The position numbers and the translations under genes were made by a program. A stretch of DNA of 64,000 bases, from positions 480,001 to 544,000 of the forward strand of contig CBDCQT010000012.1 of assembly GCA_965220745.1 (NCBI GenBank), in the 5' to 3' direction. The notes under the pieces are model-generated. The model saw only the letters and a list, made by a program, of their open reading frames with translations. It did not search any database and was not told the DNA's origin. The stretch is from Alphaproteobacteria bacterium (lineage in GTDB: Bacteria; Pseudomonadota; Alphaproteobacteria; UBA828). Shown in pieces: positions 49,664 through 61,856 of this stretch (positions are counted from its first letter, which is position 1; each line of letters starts with the position of its first letter).

Positions 49664-51744
49664 GCGGCTGGCGCATCGGAGTCGATATCGGCGGCACCTT
49701 CACCGATATCGTTCTCCTCGGCGCGGACGGCACCGTCGCCACCCGCAAGATCTCCTCAAGCGTCGACGACTATGCCCGCGCCATCATGGAGGGGATCGCT
49801 TCCCTCGTCGCCGAGCACGCCATCGATGGCGCGGACATCGCCGAGATCACGCACGGCACCACCGTCGCCAGCAACGCGCTGCTGGAGCGCAAGGGCGCGC
49901 GCACCGGCCTGATCGGCACGAAGGGTTTTCGGGACATCCTGGAGATCCGCAACCTGCGGATGCCCCGGCTCTACGACCTCGCGTGGGAGAAGCCGCCGCC
50001 CCTGGTCGAGCGCTACCTGCGCCAGGTGGTGGACGAGCGCATCGACGCCCGCGGCAACGTGCAGACCGCGCTCGATGCCGACGAGGCGCGCACCGTGGTC
50101 GACCGGCTGCTGGCGGAAGGGGTGGAGGCGATCGCCGTCTGCCTCATCAACGCCTTCAACAATCCGGTTCACGAGCGGGCGCTGGAAGCCATCGTGCGCG
50201 AAAAGGCGCCGGGCTGCACCGTCTGCATCAGCTACGACGTCCTGCCCGAGATCAAGGAGTACGAGCGCACCTCCACCACGGTGATCAACACCTATATCAG
50301 CCCCATCGTGCACACCTACCTGGAGCGGCTGCGGCAGGCGATCCTGGAGCGCTGCCCCAAGGCCCACCTGCTCATCATGCAGTCCAACGGCGGGCTCACC
50401 TCGGCGGACGAGGCGGCGCGACGCCCGGTCAACATCGTGGAATCCGGGCCGGCCGGCGGCGTGGTCGGCGCGCTCGCCATGGCCGGCGACATCGGCCAGG
50501 ACGATCTCGTCACCTTCGACATGGGCGGCACCACGGCCAAGGCGGCGCTGATCGAGGGCGGCGTCATCAGCCGCTCCGCCGAGTTCCAGGTGGGGGGCGG
50601 CATCCTCACCGGCTCCCGGCTCTTGACCGGCGCCGGCTACCTGGTGCGGATGCCCGCCATCGACCTCGCCGAGGTCGGCGCAGGCGGCGGCTCTCTCATC
50701 GCCATCGACGCCGGCGGCTCCATGCAGGTGGGGCCCGAGAGCGCGGGCGCCGAGCCCGGCCCCGTCTGCTACGACCAGGGCGGAACCGCGCCCACCATCA
50801 CCGACGCCAACGTCGCGCTCGGCTACCTCAATCCGGACTACCTCGTGGGCGGTGCGCTGCCCATCGACGCCGCCAAGGCGATCGCTGCCCTGCGCACGCA
50901 GATCGCGGAGCCGCTCGGCGTCTCGGTGGAGGAGGCGGCCTACGGCGCGCACCGGATCGTGGCCTCCAACATGATCCGCGCGATCCGGGCGGTCTCGACC
51001 GAGCGCGGGCGCGATCCGCGCGGCTACACGCTGGTCGCCTTCGGCGGCAACGGGCCGGTGTTCGGCGCGGCGATGGCGCAAGCCCTCGATATCCGGCGGG
51101 TGGTGGTGCCCCAGGCACCGGGTCTCTTCTCCTCCTTCGGGCTGCTCACGGCGGATGTGGAGCACCATCTCTCGCGCACCTTCCGGGAGCTTCTGCGGAG
51201 CATCGACAAGGCGGCGCTCAACGAGCGCTGGAACGCGCTCGCTGAGGACGCGCGGCAGAGGCTCGCCGCCGACGGCTACGGCGGAGAGGCCGGCCAGATC
51301 GAGCGCCACGCGAGCTTGCACTACCAGGGCCAGACCTACGAGCTCACCGTGCCGGTGCCCGACGGCCCGCTCGACGATGCCACGCTGGCTGCGCTGGAAG
51401 AGGCCTTCCACGCGGAGCACGAGCTCACCTACGGTCATCGCGCGGGGTCGGAGGAGCCGGTCGAGCTGGTGACGCTACGCGTGCTGGGCCGGGGCCGCAG
51501 GCCCACGGCGCCGCCGCCCAAGATCGGCCATGGGGCGGGAGCGGGGCAGGCGCCGGCCACGCGTCGCGCCTATTTCGGGCCTGAGCACGGCTGGTGCGAG
51601 GCCGCCGTGATCGGCCGCGCCGACCTCGCCGAGCGCCGCGAGGGGCCGCTGATCGTCGAGGAGTACGACGCCACCTGCGTCGTGCCGCCCGACGTCTCCG
51701 CCGCCCTCAACGACGCCGGCTGCATCGTTCTAGAGGTGGGGTAG
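49660..51744 (+). CDS. Hydantoinase/oxoprolinase subunit A (second system)
   Basis: GVDIGGTFTD, EYERTSTT, ESGPAGG, DMGGTT; GTG overlaps the previous stop. Confidence 0.92.
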   Translation: MSGWRIGVDIGGTFTDIVLLGADGTVATRKISSSVDDYARAIMEGIASLVAEHAIDGADIAEITHGTTVASNALLERKGARTGLIGTKGFRDILEIRNLRMPRLYDLAWEKPPPLVERYLRQVVDERIDARGNVQTALDADEARTVVDRLLAEGVEAIAVCLINAFNNPVHERALEAIVREKAPGCTVCISYDVLPEIKEYERTSTTVINTYISPIVHTYLERLRQAILERCPKAHLLIMQSNGGLTSADEAARRPVNIVESGPAGGVVGALAMAGDIGQDDLVTFDMGGTTAKAALIEGGVISRSAEFQVGGGILTGSRLLTGAGYLVRMPAIDLAEVGAGGGSLIAIDAGGSMQVGPESAGAEPGPVCYDQGGTAPTITDANVALGYLNPDYLVGGALPIDAAKAIAALRTQIAEPLGVSVEEAAYGAHRIVASNMIRAIRAVSTERGRDPRGYTLVAFGGNGPVFGAAMAQALDIRRVVVPQAPGLFSSFGLLTADVEHHLSRTFRELLRSIDKAALNERWNALAEDARQRLAADGYGGEAGQIERHASLHYQGQTYELTVPVPDGPLDDATLAALEEAFHAEHELTYGHRAGSEEPVELVTLRVLGRGRRPTAPPPKIGHGAGAGQAPATRRAYFGPEHGWCEAAVIGRADLAERREGPLIVEEYDATCVVPPDVSAALNDAGCIVLEVG

Positions 51745-51755
51745 AGCGCGTCCGC

Positions 51756-52403
51756 TTAGAGCTTGGCGAGCGCGTCGGCGATGGGCGTCTCGCCGTCGAT
51801 CATCTCGAAGGTCTTCGCGATGGTGTTGTCGGCGGCGAGGCAATCCACCAGCACCCGCGCCACGTTCTCGCGGCTCACCGAATGGGTCTCCTTGGCGATG
51901 GGGCCGAGGTCGTCGCCGGTGGCGATGGCGCCGGTGCCGGTCTCGTTGGTGAGGAAGCCCGGCCGCACGATGGTGTAGTTCAGGCCGCTCGCCTGCAGGT
52001 GCTTGTCGGCGATCGCCTTGGCCCTGAAATAGTGATGCAGGCTCTCGGGCCCGCGCTCCGGCTCGTCGACGGCAATCGAGCTCAGCATGACGAAGCGGAG
52101 GGCGTTCATGCGCGCGCAGGTGTCGATGAAGGCCATCGCCCCGTTCTGATCCACGTCGATGGTCATCTCTGGCCCGGTCTTGGAGCCCGAGCCGGCGGCG
52201 AAGATGGCGCCGCGGCAGCCGCGAACGGCGTAACCCACCGGCTTTTCCAGATCGCCGATCCGGCACTCCGCGCCGAGCGGCTCCAGTTCCTCGCGCTGAG
52301 AAAAATCCCGGATCATGGCGACGGGCTCGTGCCCGGCCTCCGCCAGCATTCTCAGCACGATCCGCCCGGTGAGCCCGTTCGCGCCCGCAACCACCACCTT
52401 CAT
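51756..52403 (-). CDS. NAD(P)-binding Rossmann-fold protein (atypical SDR)
   Basis: GANGLTG, FAAGSG, YFRAK, YTIVRPG. Confidence 0.9.
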   Translation of the reverse strand: MKVVVAGANGLTGRIVLRMLAEAGHEPVAMIRDFSQREELEPLGAECRIGDLEKPVGYAVRGCRGAIFAAGSGSKTGPEMTIDVDQNGAMAFIDTCARMNALRFVMLSSIAVDEPERGPESLHHYFRAKAIADKHLQASGLNYTIVRPGFLTNETGTGAIATGDDLGPIAKETHSVSRENVARVLVDCLAADNTIAKTFEMIDGETPIADALAKL

Positions 52404-52510
52404 CGCCGTCTCCGCGTCTTCGGGCAGCGCGGGCCTGGCGGACCCGCGCTGCTTCTCTCATCCCTCGCGTGCCGGCAGCCGCCTTCTCCAACGCCTGATC
52501 GTCGGCCGCT

Positions 52511-53707
52511 CTAGTTGGCGAGCAGCACCTCGACGGGGATCGGACCCGTGGTCCAGTAGCCCTCGATCTTGTGCTCGCCGTTGTGCCAGCCGATCATCAG
52601 GTAGCGCACCTTGTTCTGGATGTGCAGGTCCTTGCTGTAGCTGCGCGGGCCGGCGACGGTTTCGATGTCGCGCAGGTTCTCGAGCGCTTCGACGACAGGC
52701 TCGGTCTCCACCGTTCCCGCGTTCTCCACCGCCAGCGCCCACATCTCGATAAGGGCATAGCCCGGCAGAGCGTAACCGGTGGCGGGCCGCTCGCCGTAGT
52801 GCTCCTCGAAGCGATCCATGAAGGCCTCGACCTTGGGGTCCGGATCGTCGCCGTACACCGAGCCGATGGCCGTGACGTACACCTCGTCGATGTTGGGCAC
52901 GGCATCGATCCAGAAGTTACCGTCCATGGCCCCGTCGGTGAGGATCGGCGTGTCGATCCCGTTGTCGCGGATCTGCTTGATGACCGAAGCGCCGCCCGGC
53001 ACGAAGCTGCACAGCACGATCGCGTCGATGGGCTCGCTGGTGCTCCTCATCCTGTCGATTTGTGCCTGCACGCTGGGGTCGTTGTTCTGGAACGAGTCGA
53101 AGCCGACGATGTTCAGCCCGTCCAGGCTCTCCGCCGCCCAGCGGAAGCCGTTGCAGACCGACTTGTTGTACTGGGCGATATCGTCCAGGAGGAGGTAGAA
53201 GTTGCGGTAGCCCTTTTCGTGATAGCCCCACTGCGCGACGGTGGAGCCCTGCGCGTGCGCGGCATTGCCGGAGGTGAACGCGTAGGGTCCGATGCCGGCC
53301 GGCCCGGCCTTGGCATCCTCGGCACAGAGGAAGAAGGAGATCAGGCCGGCGTTCTGGGCCATCAGTGCGCCCGGCCCGCCCCAGTCGAAATCGCAGTCGA
53401 CGATCACCATGTCGGCGCCGGCATTGATGACGTCGAGCGCGGCCTTGGCGCTCTCTTCCTGGATCGACTTGGCGTCGGATTCGACGATGCTGATCCGCTG
53501 GCCCAACAGCCCGCCGCGCGCGTTGATGTCGTCGATGGCCATCTTGGCGCCGAGCGCCGAAGGGCCGCTGAAGGCCAGCATGAAACCGGACTGGGAAGCG
53601 GCGATGCCGACGACAATCTCGTCGTCGTCGGCGCTGGCCGGCCCGCACAGCGAGCCGATGGCGAGAAATGCCGCCGCTGCGACGGCAAGCACGGACTTGT
53701 GTGTCAT
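52511..53707 (-). CDS. ABC substrate-binding protein, branched-chain amino acid (LivJ/K-like) family
   Basis: Signal peptide; GAKMAIDDINARGGLLG motif. Confidence 0.88.
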   Translation of the reverse strand: MTHKSVLAVAAAAFLAIGSLCGPASADDDEIVVGIAASQSGFMLAFSGPSALGAKMAIDDINARGGLLGQRISIVESDAKSIQEESAKAALDVINAGADMVIVDCDFDWGGPGALMAQNAGLISFFLCAEDAKAGPAGIGPYAFTSGNAAHAQGSTVAQWGYHEKGYRNFYLLLDDIAQYNKSVCNGFRWAAESLDGLNIVGFDSFQNNDPSVQAQIDRMRSTSEPIDAIVLCSFVPGGASVIKQIRDNGIDTPILTDGAMDGNFWIDAVPNIDEVYVTAIGSVYGDDPDPKVEAFMDRFEEHYGERPATGYALPGYALIEMWALAVENAGTVETEPVVEALENLRDIETVAGPRSYSKDLHIQNKVRYLMIGWHNGEHKIEGYWTTGPIPVEVLLAN

Positions 53708-53763
53708 CGGGTCTCTCCCTTTGGCGTCGTCATTGCGTTTCCGCTGCCCGAACCGCGGGCATG

Positions 53764-54975
53764 TCAGGACCAAAGGCGTTCGCTCGCGAGCCTCGCGCCC
53801 TCCGTCAACATCTCGAGCTTCTTCCAGGCGACATCGGCCGGAACCATCACGTAGCCCGCGAAGGTGCTGAAGCCGCAGTCGGCGGCGGCGACGATGCGAC
53901 TGCGATCGCCGACGACCTCGGCAAACTGGCAGAGGCGGTCCGCCACAACCTCCGGGTGCTCCAGGTAGTTCGTGGTCACGTCGATGACCCCCGGCATGAG
54001 GATCATCGAGTCCGGCAGCGGATGGGCCTTGAACTTCTTCCAGTCGTGCTGGTGGCGGGGATTGGCGAAGGCGATGCTGAGCGCACCCACCTTCGCCGCG
54101 TAGAGATGCGGGATGAGCGGCTCGAGGTCGACATCGTCGAGGTGCGGGCCGTCCCAGTTGCCCCAGCACACGTGAAGCCGGACCTTCTCGGGCGGGATGT
54201 CAGCAAGCGCAAGGTTGAGCGCCTCGATATGCAGGGCGACCCGTTCGAGGAACTCGTCGAGCGGGCGGTCGTGAAACATGATCTGCCGCTCAAGCGCGAG
54301 ATCCGGCGCGTCGAGCTGCAGGGTGTGGCCCTGCGAGACGACGTAGTCGTATTCCTTCTTGAGTTCCGCCGCCAACGCATACAGATAGTCTCGGTCGCTG
54401 GCATATGCCGGGTTGTCTTCTGTGCGCAGCAGCGTCGTCGAGATGATGCCGGGGGTCGCCGCCGTCACGAAGGTCTCGACGAACTTGTCCGCCGCGCCGA
54501 CACGCTCGATCGCGGCGTCGAACGCGGCGAGTTCCTCCTTCGCAGCGGCGAGCTCAGGGTCGTAGACGACCTCTCCCTGGCACTCCGGCGCGGCGTACAT
54601 CGACGCGCTCTGCGTGATGTCCTTCTCGTCGTCCTCGCTGGTCTTGTGAGCACCGAACTTCAGCGCCGCGTAGCCAGGGAACTTGGCGAAGTCCGTGACG
54701 GTCCCGCGCTGCGCGACCCCGCCGAAGCCGGACATCCGGTCCTTGACGTAGAAGGAAAAGCCGATGCGGGGCAACTCGCCGTCGCCCGCGACGTCGATTC
54801 CGACCTCGACCTGCTTGCGGACGATTTCGTCCATGTCGTCGGCGAGGCGGGTGCGAAACGCGTCCGGGTCGACGGCCTGGCCGGCTTCCATCTGTACCAA
54901 CATGTCCAGCAGCGCCGGGCTTCGCGGCAGACTGCCAATGTGAGTGGTCAGGATGCGGTCATCGCTCTTGCGCAT
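53764..54975 (-). CDS. Cobalamin-independent methionine synthase II-like (single-barrel MetE fold) protein
   Basis: TTHIGSLPR, DGE, LQLDAPDL, HVCWGN, PGVID, DCGF. Confidence 0.9.
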   Translation of the reverse strand: MRKSDDRILTTHIGSLPRSPALLDMLVQMEAGQAVDPDAFRTRLADDMDEIVRKQVEVGIDVAGDGELPRIGFSFYVKDRMSGFGGVAQRGTVTDFAKFPGYAALKFGAHKTSEDDEKDITQSASMYAAPECQGEVVYDPELAAAKEELAAFDAAIERVGAADKFVETFVTAATPGIISTTLLRTEDNPAYASDRDYLYALAAELKKEYDYVVSQGHTLQLDAPDLALERQIMFHDRPLDEFLERVALHIEALNLALADIPPEKVRLHVCWGNWDGPHLDDVDLEPLIPHLYAAKVGALSIAFANPRHQHDWKKFKAHPLPDSMILMPGVIDVTTNYLEHPEVVADRLCQFAEVVGDRSRIVAAADCGFSTFAGYVMVPADVAWKKLEMLTEGARLASERLWS

Positions 54976-55020
54976 GAGCTCGCCCTTCTCCCTTGTCGAT
55001 CGATGCTATGAATGGGGTAA

Positions 55021-56451
<1,431 letters not shown>

Positions 56452-56539
56452 CCGGGCGGGCGTCAGCTGGCGCCCCACTGATTTAGGCCAACACTGCTGT
56501 CTTGACAGGCGCCGGCGGCGGGGTTGATGTCGTGGCGTC

Positions 56540-56875
56540 ATGGCCGAGCGATTCGCCCGCGTTCGCTACCGGACCATCATCGTGCTGCTCACCTGCGCGC
56601 TGGGCCTCCTCTATGTGGGCTACCAGAGCGTGCAGGGCGAGCGCGGGCTGCTCAGGTGGGTCGAGCGCTCCGCCGAGGTGGAGCGAACCCGCGCCGAGGT
56701 GGCCGCGCTTGCCGAGGAGCGGCGCAAGCTGGAGCATCGCGTCTCCCGTCTTCGGAGCGACAACCTGGACCTCGACCTGCTCGATCAGGAGGCCCGCCGG
56801 ATGCTCAACCTCGGCCACCCGGACGAGGAGATCATCTTCCACGACCGCCCGTCGGGCTCCGGAGCGGACGAGTAA
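56540..56875 (+). CDS. ftsB: Septum formation initiator FtsB/DivIC-like
   Basis: TM helix, GERG, coiled coil, DLDLLDQEAR; follows eno. Confidence 0.8.
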   Translation: MAERFARVRYRTIIVLLTCALGLLYVGYQSVQGERGLLRWVERSAEVERTRAEVAALAEERRKLEHRVSRLRSDNLDLDLLDQEARRMLNLGHPDEEIIFHDRPSGSGADE

Positions 56876-57031
56876 GCGCCATCGTCGCCCGGCCTAACGT
56901 CAAATCCCTTGTCATGGCAAGTAATCGTTGCCTTCCCCTTGTCAGCCGGCCCCGATTGACCTAGCGTGCCTTGACGTTCCGCGCCAGCCGATTACGTGAT
57001 GGGTGGAGCGGGCGTCGGAGGCGAGGACAGG

Positions 57032-58051
57032 ATGGCGACTGCCAGGAAACGGGCCCGGAGTGGGACTGCACCCGCTCGCGAGGCCGCGATGGAGCCGGAG
57101 ACGCTGCATCGCGCGTTCCGCGACATGCTACTGCTCCGCCGCTTCGAGGAGAAGGCCAGCCAACTCTACGGCATGGGACTCATTGGAGGCTTCTGCCACC
57201 TCTATATCGGGCAGGAGGCGGTGGTCACGGGCATCCAGTACGCGCTCGGGCCCGGCGATTCGGTCATCACCGGCTATCGCTGCCACGCCCACATGCTGAT
57301 CGCGGGCGTACCCCCCAAGGAGGTCATGGCGGAGCTTACCGGGCGTGCTGCCGGCTCCTCCAAGGGCAAGGGCGGCTCGATGCACCTGTTCGCGCCGGAG
57401 CGCGGCTTCTACGGCGGCCACGGCATCGTCGGCGCCCAGGTGCCGCTCGGCGTGGGCCTCGGCTTCGCCCACAAGTACCGGGCTTCGGACCGCCTCTCCG
57501 TCACCTATTTCGGCGACGGCGCAGCCAACCAGGGCCAGGTGTTCGAGGCCTTCAACATGGCGGCGCTCTGGCAGCTTCCGGTCCTCTTCGTGATCGAGAA
57601 CAACCAGTACGCCATGGGCACGGCGGTGGAGCGCTCGGCGGCGGTGTCGGAGCTTTACGAGCGCGGCGCGGCCTTCGGCATTCCCGGCGGGCGGGTCGAC
57701 GGGATGGACGTCGCCGCGGTCTACCATGCGACGCAGGAGGCCGTCGCGGGCTTGCGGGCGGGCAACGGGCCGCTGCTGCTCGAAATGATGACCTACCGCT
57801 ACCGCGGCCATTCGATGTCCGATCCGGCCAAGTACAGGAGCCGCGACGAGGTGAGCAAGGTGCGCAAGGAGCGCGACGCCATCGAGCAGGCGCGCCAATC
57901 CCTGATCGACGGCGGCCACGCCGACGAGGACGCGATCAAGGAGATCGACCGGGAGATCAAGGCCATCGTCAACGAGGCCGCCGATTTCGCCCAGTCCGCG
58001 CCCGAGCCCGCTCCGGTCTCGCTCGACGCCGATATCGTGGTCAGCGCCTGA
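57032..58051 (+). CDS. pdhA: Pyruvate dehydrogenase E1 alpha subunit
   Basis: GFCHLYIGQEA, GGSMH, GDGAANQGQ, YRYRGHSMSDP. Confidence 0.96.
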   Translation: MATARKRARSGTAPAREAAMEPETLHRAFRDMLLLRRFEEKASQLYGMGLIGGFCHLYIGQEAVVTGIQYALGPGDSVITGYRCHAHMLIAGVPPKEVMAELTGRAAGSSKGKGGSMHLFAPERGFYGGHGIVGAQVPLGVGLGFAHKYRASDRLSVTYFGDGAANQGQVFEAFNMAALWQLPVLFVIENNQYAMGTAVERSAAVSELYERGAAFGIPGGRVDGMDVAAVYHATQEAVAGLRAGNGPLLLEMMTYRYRGHSMSDPAKYRSRDEVSKVRKERDAIEQARQSLIDGGHADEDAIKEIDREIKAIVNEAADFAQSAPEPAPVSLDADIVVSA

Positions 58052-58075
58052 GAGCCGCACAGGACGCCGCCCCAC

Positions 58076-59059
58076 ATGGTTCAGCAGACCGTTCGAGAGG
58101 CGCTTCGCGACGCGATGGCGGAGGAGATGCGGGCCGACCCCGACGTCTTCCTCATGGGCGAGGAGGTGGCGGAGTACCAGGGCGCCTACAAGGTGAGCCA
58201 GGGCCTGCTCGACGAGTTCGGTGCGGCCCGCGTGATCGACACGCCCATCACCGAGGCCGGGTTTGCCGGCATCGGCGTGGGCGCCGCCATGGGCGGCCTA
58301 AAACCCATCGTCGAGTTCATGACCTTCAACTTCGCCATGCAGGCGATGGACCATCTCATCAACTCGGCCGCGAAGACGCTCTACATGTCCGGCGGCCTGC
58401 TGCCGGTGCCGGTGGTCTTTCGCGGACCCAACGGCGCCGCCGCGCGGGTCGCGGCGCAGCACTCCCAGTGCTATGCGAGCTGGTTTGCCCACGTGCCCGG
58501 CTGGCGGGTGATCGCGCCCTATTCGGCGGCCGACGCCAAGGGGCTGCTGAAGTCCTGCATCCGCGATCCCAACCCGGTGGTGTTCCTGGAGAACGAGCTG
58601 CTCTACGGCCAGAGCTTCGAGGTGCCCGAGGGCAACGATCATCTGGTGCCCATCGGCAAGGCCGCCATCGCGCGCGCCGGCGGCGATGTCACCGTCGCCG
58701 CCTTCTCGATCATGGTGGGCCGCGCGCTGGAGGCGGCGGAGACTCTCGCCGGAGAGGGCATCGAGGCCGAGGTCATCGACCTGCGCTCGCTCCGCCCGCT
58801 CGACGGCGCGGCCGTACTGGCTTCGGTGGAGAAGACCAACCGCCTGGTCACGGTGGAGGAGGGCTGGCCCTTCGCCGGCATCGGCGCCGAGGTCGCCGCG
58901 CTGGTCATGGAGCAGGCGTTCGACATGCTCGATGCGCCGGTCGCGCGAGTCTCGGGTGCCGACCTGCCGATGCCCTACGCCGCCAATCTCGAAGCCGCGA
59001 CCCTGCCGGGCGCGAAAGACATCGCCGACGCCGTCCGTCGCGTCTGCTATCAGGAATAG
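58076..59059 (+). CDS. pdhB: Pyruvate dehydrogenase E1 beta subunit (no N-terminal lipoyl domain)
   Basis: [40 protein letters not shown]. Confidence 0.96.
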   Translation: MVQQTVREALRDAMAEEMRADPDVFLMGEEVAEYQGAYKVSQGLLDEFGAARVIDTPITEAGFAGIGVGAAMGGLKPIVEFMTFNFAMQAMDHLINSAAKTLYMSGGLLPVPVVFRGPNGAAARVAAQHSQCYASWFAHVPGWRVIAPYSAADAKGLLKSCIRDPNPVVFLENELLYGQSFEVPEGNDHLVPIGKAAIARAGGDVTVAAFSIMVGRALEAAETLAGEGIEAEVIDLRSLRPLDGAAVLASVEKTNRLVTVEEGWPFAGIGAEVAALVMEQAFDMLDAPVARVSGADLPMPYAANLEAATLPGAKDIADAVRRVCYQE

Positions 59060-59068
59060 GGAGACGAC

Positions 59069-60382
59069 ATGCCGATCCAGATTCTCATGCCGGCGCTCTC
59101 GCCGACGATGACCGAGGGCAACGTCGCGAGCTGGCTCAAGAACGAAGGAGACTCGGTCCAGGCTGGCGACATCCTGTGCGAGATCGAGACCGACAAGGCG
59201 ACCATGGAAGTGGAGGCGACCGACGAGGGCACGCTTGCCAGGATCGTCGCCCCGGCCGGCACCGAAGCGGTGCCGGTGAACGCGGTCATCGGGCTGATCC
59301 TGGAGGAGGGCGAGGATTCGTCCGCCCTCGAAGGCGCAGACGCCGCGGCGCCGACGGCAGCGCCCGCAGCCCCGGCGGTTGAGGCCCCAGCCGAATCTGC
59401 CCCGGCAGCGCCAGCGCCAGAGGCACCTTCGCCCGGCGGCAACGGCGCGACACCGCCGGCGCCCGCGCGCGAGCCCGGCGCGCGCATCTTCGCGAGCCCG
59501 CTGGCACGCCGCATGGCGAAGCAGGCCGGCCTCGCGCTGGAGGCGATCGCCGGCACCGGCCCCAACGGGCGTATCGTCAAGGTCGATGTCGAGGCGGCGA
59601 TTGCCGCCGCTGCGGCAGCGCCCGCGGTCGCCGCGCCCGCTCCGGCGGCGGCTGCACCCGTTTCGGCGCCGGCCGCACCGGCTGCGCCCGCAGCCGCCTA
59701 CCAGGACGCGCCGGCCAGCACCATGCGCAAGGTCATCGCGCAGCGGCTGCAGGAGGCGAAGCGCGAGGTCCCGCACTTCTATCTGACGGTCGACTGCGCG
59801 GTCGACGCGCTGCTGGAGACCCGCGCCCAGCTCAACGAGCGCTCGGACGACTACACCCTCTCGGTCAACGACTTCGTGATCCGCGCGGCGGCGCTCGCGC
59901 TGCGCAAGGTTCCGGCCGCCAATGCGTCGTGGGTGGACGGCGCGCTCCGACAATACGCGAGCGCCGATGTCTCGGTGGCCGTCGCCATCGAGGACGGGCT
60001 GGTGACGCCCATCGTGCGCAACGCCGACGGCAAGGGGCTCGCCGAGATTTCGGCCGAGGTGAAGGAGCTCGCCGGACGCGCCCGCGCCAAGCCCATGGGG
60101 CTCGCGCCGGAGGAGTACCAGGGCGGCACCTTCAGCGTTTCCAACCTCGGCATGTACGGCATCAAGGAGTTCGCGGCGATCATCAACCCGCCGCAGTCGA
60201 TGATCCTCGCGGTCGGCACCGCCGAGCAGCGGCCGGTGGTCAAGGACGGCGCGCTCGCCGTCGCCACCATGATGTCGTGCACGCTCTCGGTCGATCACCG
60301 CGTGGTCGATGGGGCGCTCGGCGCCCGGTTCCTGCAGGCGTTCAAGGGCCTGATCGAAGACCCGCTCACCATGCTTCTCTAG
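59069..60382 (+). CDS. pdhC: Dihydrolipoamide acetyltransferase E2
   Basis: MPALSPTM...ETDKA lipoyl domain, ASPLARR, DHRVVDG. Confidence 0.96.
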   Translation: MPIQILMPALSPTMTEGNVASWLKNEGDSVQAGDILCEIETDKATMEVEATDEGTLARIVAPAGTEAVPVNAVIGLILEEGEDSSALEGADAAAPTAAPAAPAVEAPAESAPAAPAPEAPSPGGNGATPPAPAREPGARIFASPLARRMAKQAGLALEAIAGTGPNGRIVKVDVEAAIAAAAAAPAVAAPAPAAAAPVSAPAAPAAPAAAYQDAPASTMRKVIAQRLQEAKREVPHFYLTVDCAVDALLETRAQLNERSDDYTLSVNDFVIRAAALALRKVPAANASWVDGALRQYASADVSVAVAIEDGLVTPIVRNADGKGLAEISAEVKELAGRARAKPMGLAPEEYQGGTFSVSNLGMYGIKEFAAIINPPQSMILAVGTAEQRPVVKDGALAVATMMSCTLSVDHRVVDGALGARFLQAFKGLIEDPLTMLL

Positions 60383-60431
60383 CCGGGGCCGGTCGCTCCG
60401 GCCCCTCACGCAGACCAGACCGGAGGACATC

Positions 60432-61835
60432 ATGGCCGATCCGTCCTTTGATGTTGTCATCGTCGGCACCGGCCCCGGCGGCTATGTCGCGGCAATCCGC
60501 GCCAGCCAGCTCGGCCTCAAGACCGCCGTGGTCGAGCGCGAGCGGCTCGGCGGCATCTGCCTCAACTGGGGCTGCATCCCGACCAAGGCACTGCTCCGGG
60601 TCTCCGAGCTGCGCCACACCCTGGACCGGCTCGGCGACTTCGGCATTACTGTCGGCGACGTCTCGGTCGATATCGAGAAGGTGGTTGCTTATTCGCGCAA
60701 GGTCGCGGACCAGCTCTCTCGCGGCGTCGCCTACCTGATGAAGAAGAACGGCATCACGGTGATCGAGGGCCACGCCCGGCTCGCGGGCTCCGGCGCGCTC
60801 GAAGTGACGAAGGAGGACGGGACGGTCGAGACCGTCTTGGCGCGGCACATCATCCTCGCTACCGGCGCCAGGGCGCGGGTGCTGCCCGGTCTGGAGCCCG
60901 ACGGCGAGACGATCTGGACCTACAAGGAGGCGATGGTGCCGCGTGCGCACCCGGCCTCGTTGCTGGTGATCGGGGCCGGCGCCATCGGCATGGAGTTTGC
61001 GAGCTTCTACGCCGACCTCGGCAGCGCCGTCACCGTGGTCGAGATCCTGCCGCGCGTGCTGCCGGTGGAGGACGAGGAAATCTCCGCAGCCGCTCTCAAG
61101 GCCTTCGAAGCGCAAGGCATGACCATCCACACCGGCGCGCGCGTGACCAGCCTCGCGGCAAGTGGTGGCTCGGTGCAGGCCGCCATCGAGACCGCCGACG
61201 GCAAGACCGAGAACGCCACGTTCGACCGCGCGATCCTCGCCGCCGGCATCGTCGGCAACGTCGAGGACATCGGACTGGAGGGCACCGGCGTCGTGGTCGA
61301 GAAGGGCCACATCCAGACCGACCCCTGGATGGCGACCGGCGAGCCTGGCGTCTATGCCATCGGCGATGTCACCGGGCCGCCCTGGCTCGCCCACAAGGCC
61401 AGCCACGAGGGCGTGCTCTGCGTGGAGAAGATCGCGGGCGCTGACGGCGTGCATCCGCTGGACACGAGCCGCGTGCCGGCCTGCACCTACTGCCGCCCCC
61501 AGGTCGCCTCGGTCGGGCTCACAGAAGCCGCGGCGAAGGAGGCGGGGCACGCGGTGCGCGTCGGGCGCTTCCCCTTCATCGGCAACGGCAAGGCGATCGC
61601 GCTGGGCGAGCCCGAGGGCATGGTCAAGACGGTGTTCGACGAGACCACCGGCGAGCTGCTCGGCGCTCACATGATCGGCACCGAGGTGACCGAGCTGATC
61701 CAGGGCTACACCGTTGCCCGCTCGCTGGAGTGCACCGAGGCGGACCTGGTCGAGACCATCTTCCCGCACCCCACATTATCCGAGGCGATGCACGAATCGG
61801 TGCTTGACGCCTATGGGCGCGTCATCCACATCTAG
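60432..61835 (+). CDS. lpdA: Dihydrolipoamide dehydrogenase E3
   Basis: GGICLNWGCIPTK, GAGAIG, HPTLSE. Confidence 0.97.
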   Translation: MADPSFDVVIVGTGPGGYVAAIRASQLGLKTAVVERERLGGICLNWGCIPTKALLRVSELRHTLDRLGDFGITVGDVSVDIEKVVAYSRKVADQLSRGVAYLMKKNGITVIEGHARLAGSGALEVTKEDGTVETVLARHIILATGARARVLPGLEPDGETIWTYKEAMVPRAHPASLLVIGAGAIGMEFASFYADLGSAVTVVEILPRVLPVEDEEISAAALKAFEAQGMTIHTGARVTSLAASGGSVQAAIETADGKTENATFDRAILAAGIVGNVEDIGLEGTGVVVEKGHIQTDPWMATGEPGVYAIGDVTGPPWLAHKASHEGVLCVEKIAGADGVHPLDTSRVPACTYCRPQVASVGLTEAAAKEAGHAVRVGRFPFIGNGKAIALGEPEGMVKTVFDETTGELLGAHMIGTEVTELIQGYTVARSLECTEADLVETIFPHPTLSEAMHESVLDAYGRVIHI

Positions 61836-61856
61836 GCGGGAACCGAGGAGCCGACG

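Noticed and set aside
59340-59700. Ala/Pro-rich repeats in pdhC
   Set aside because: Ordinary flexible linkers of E2 subunits.
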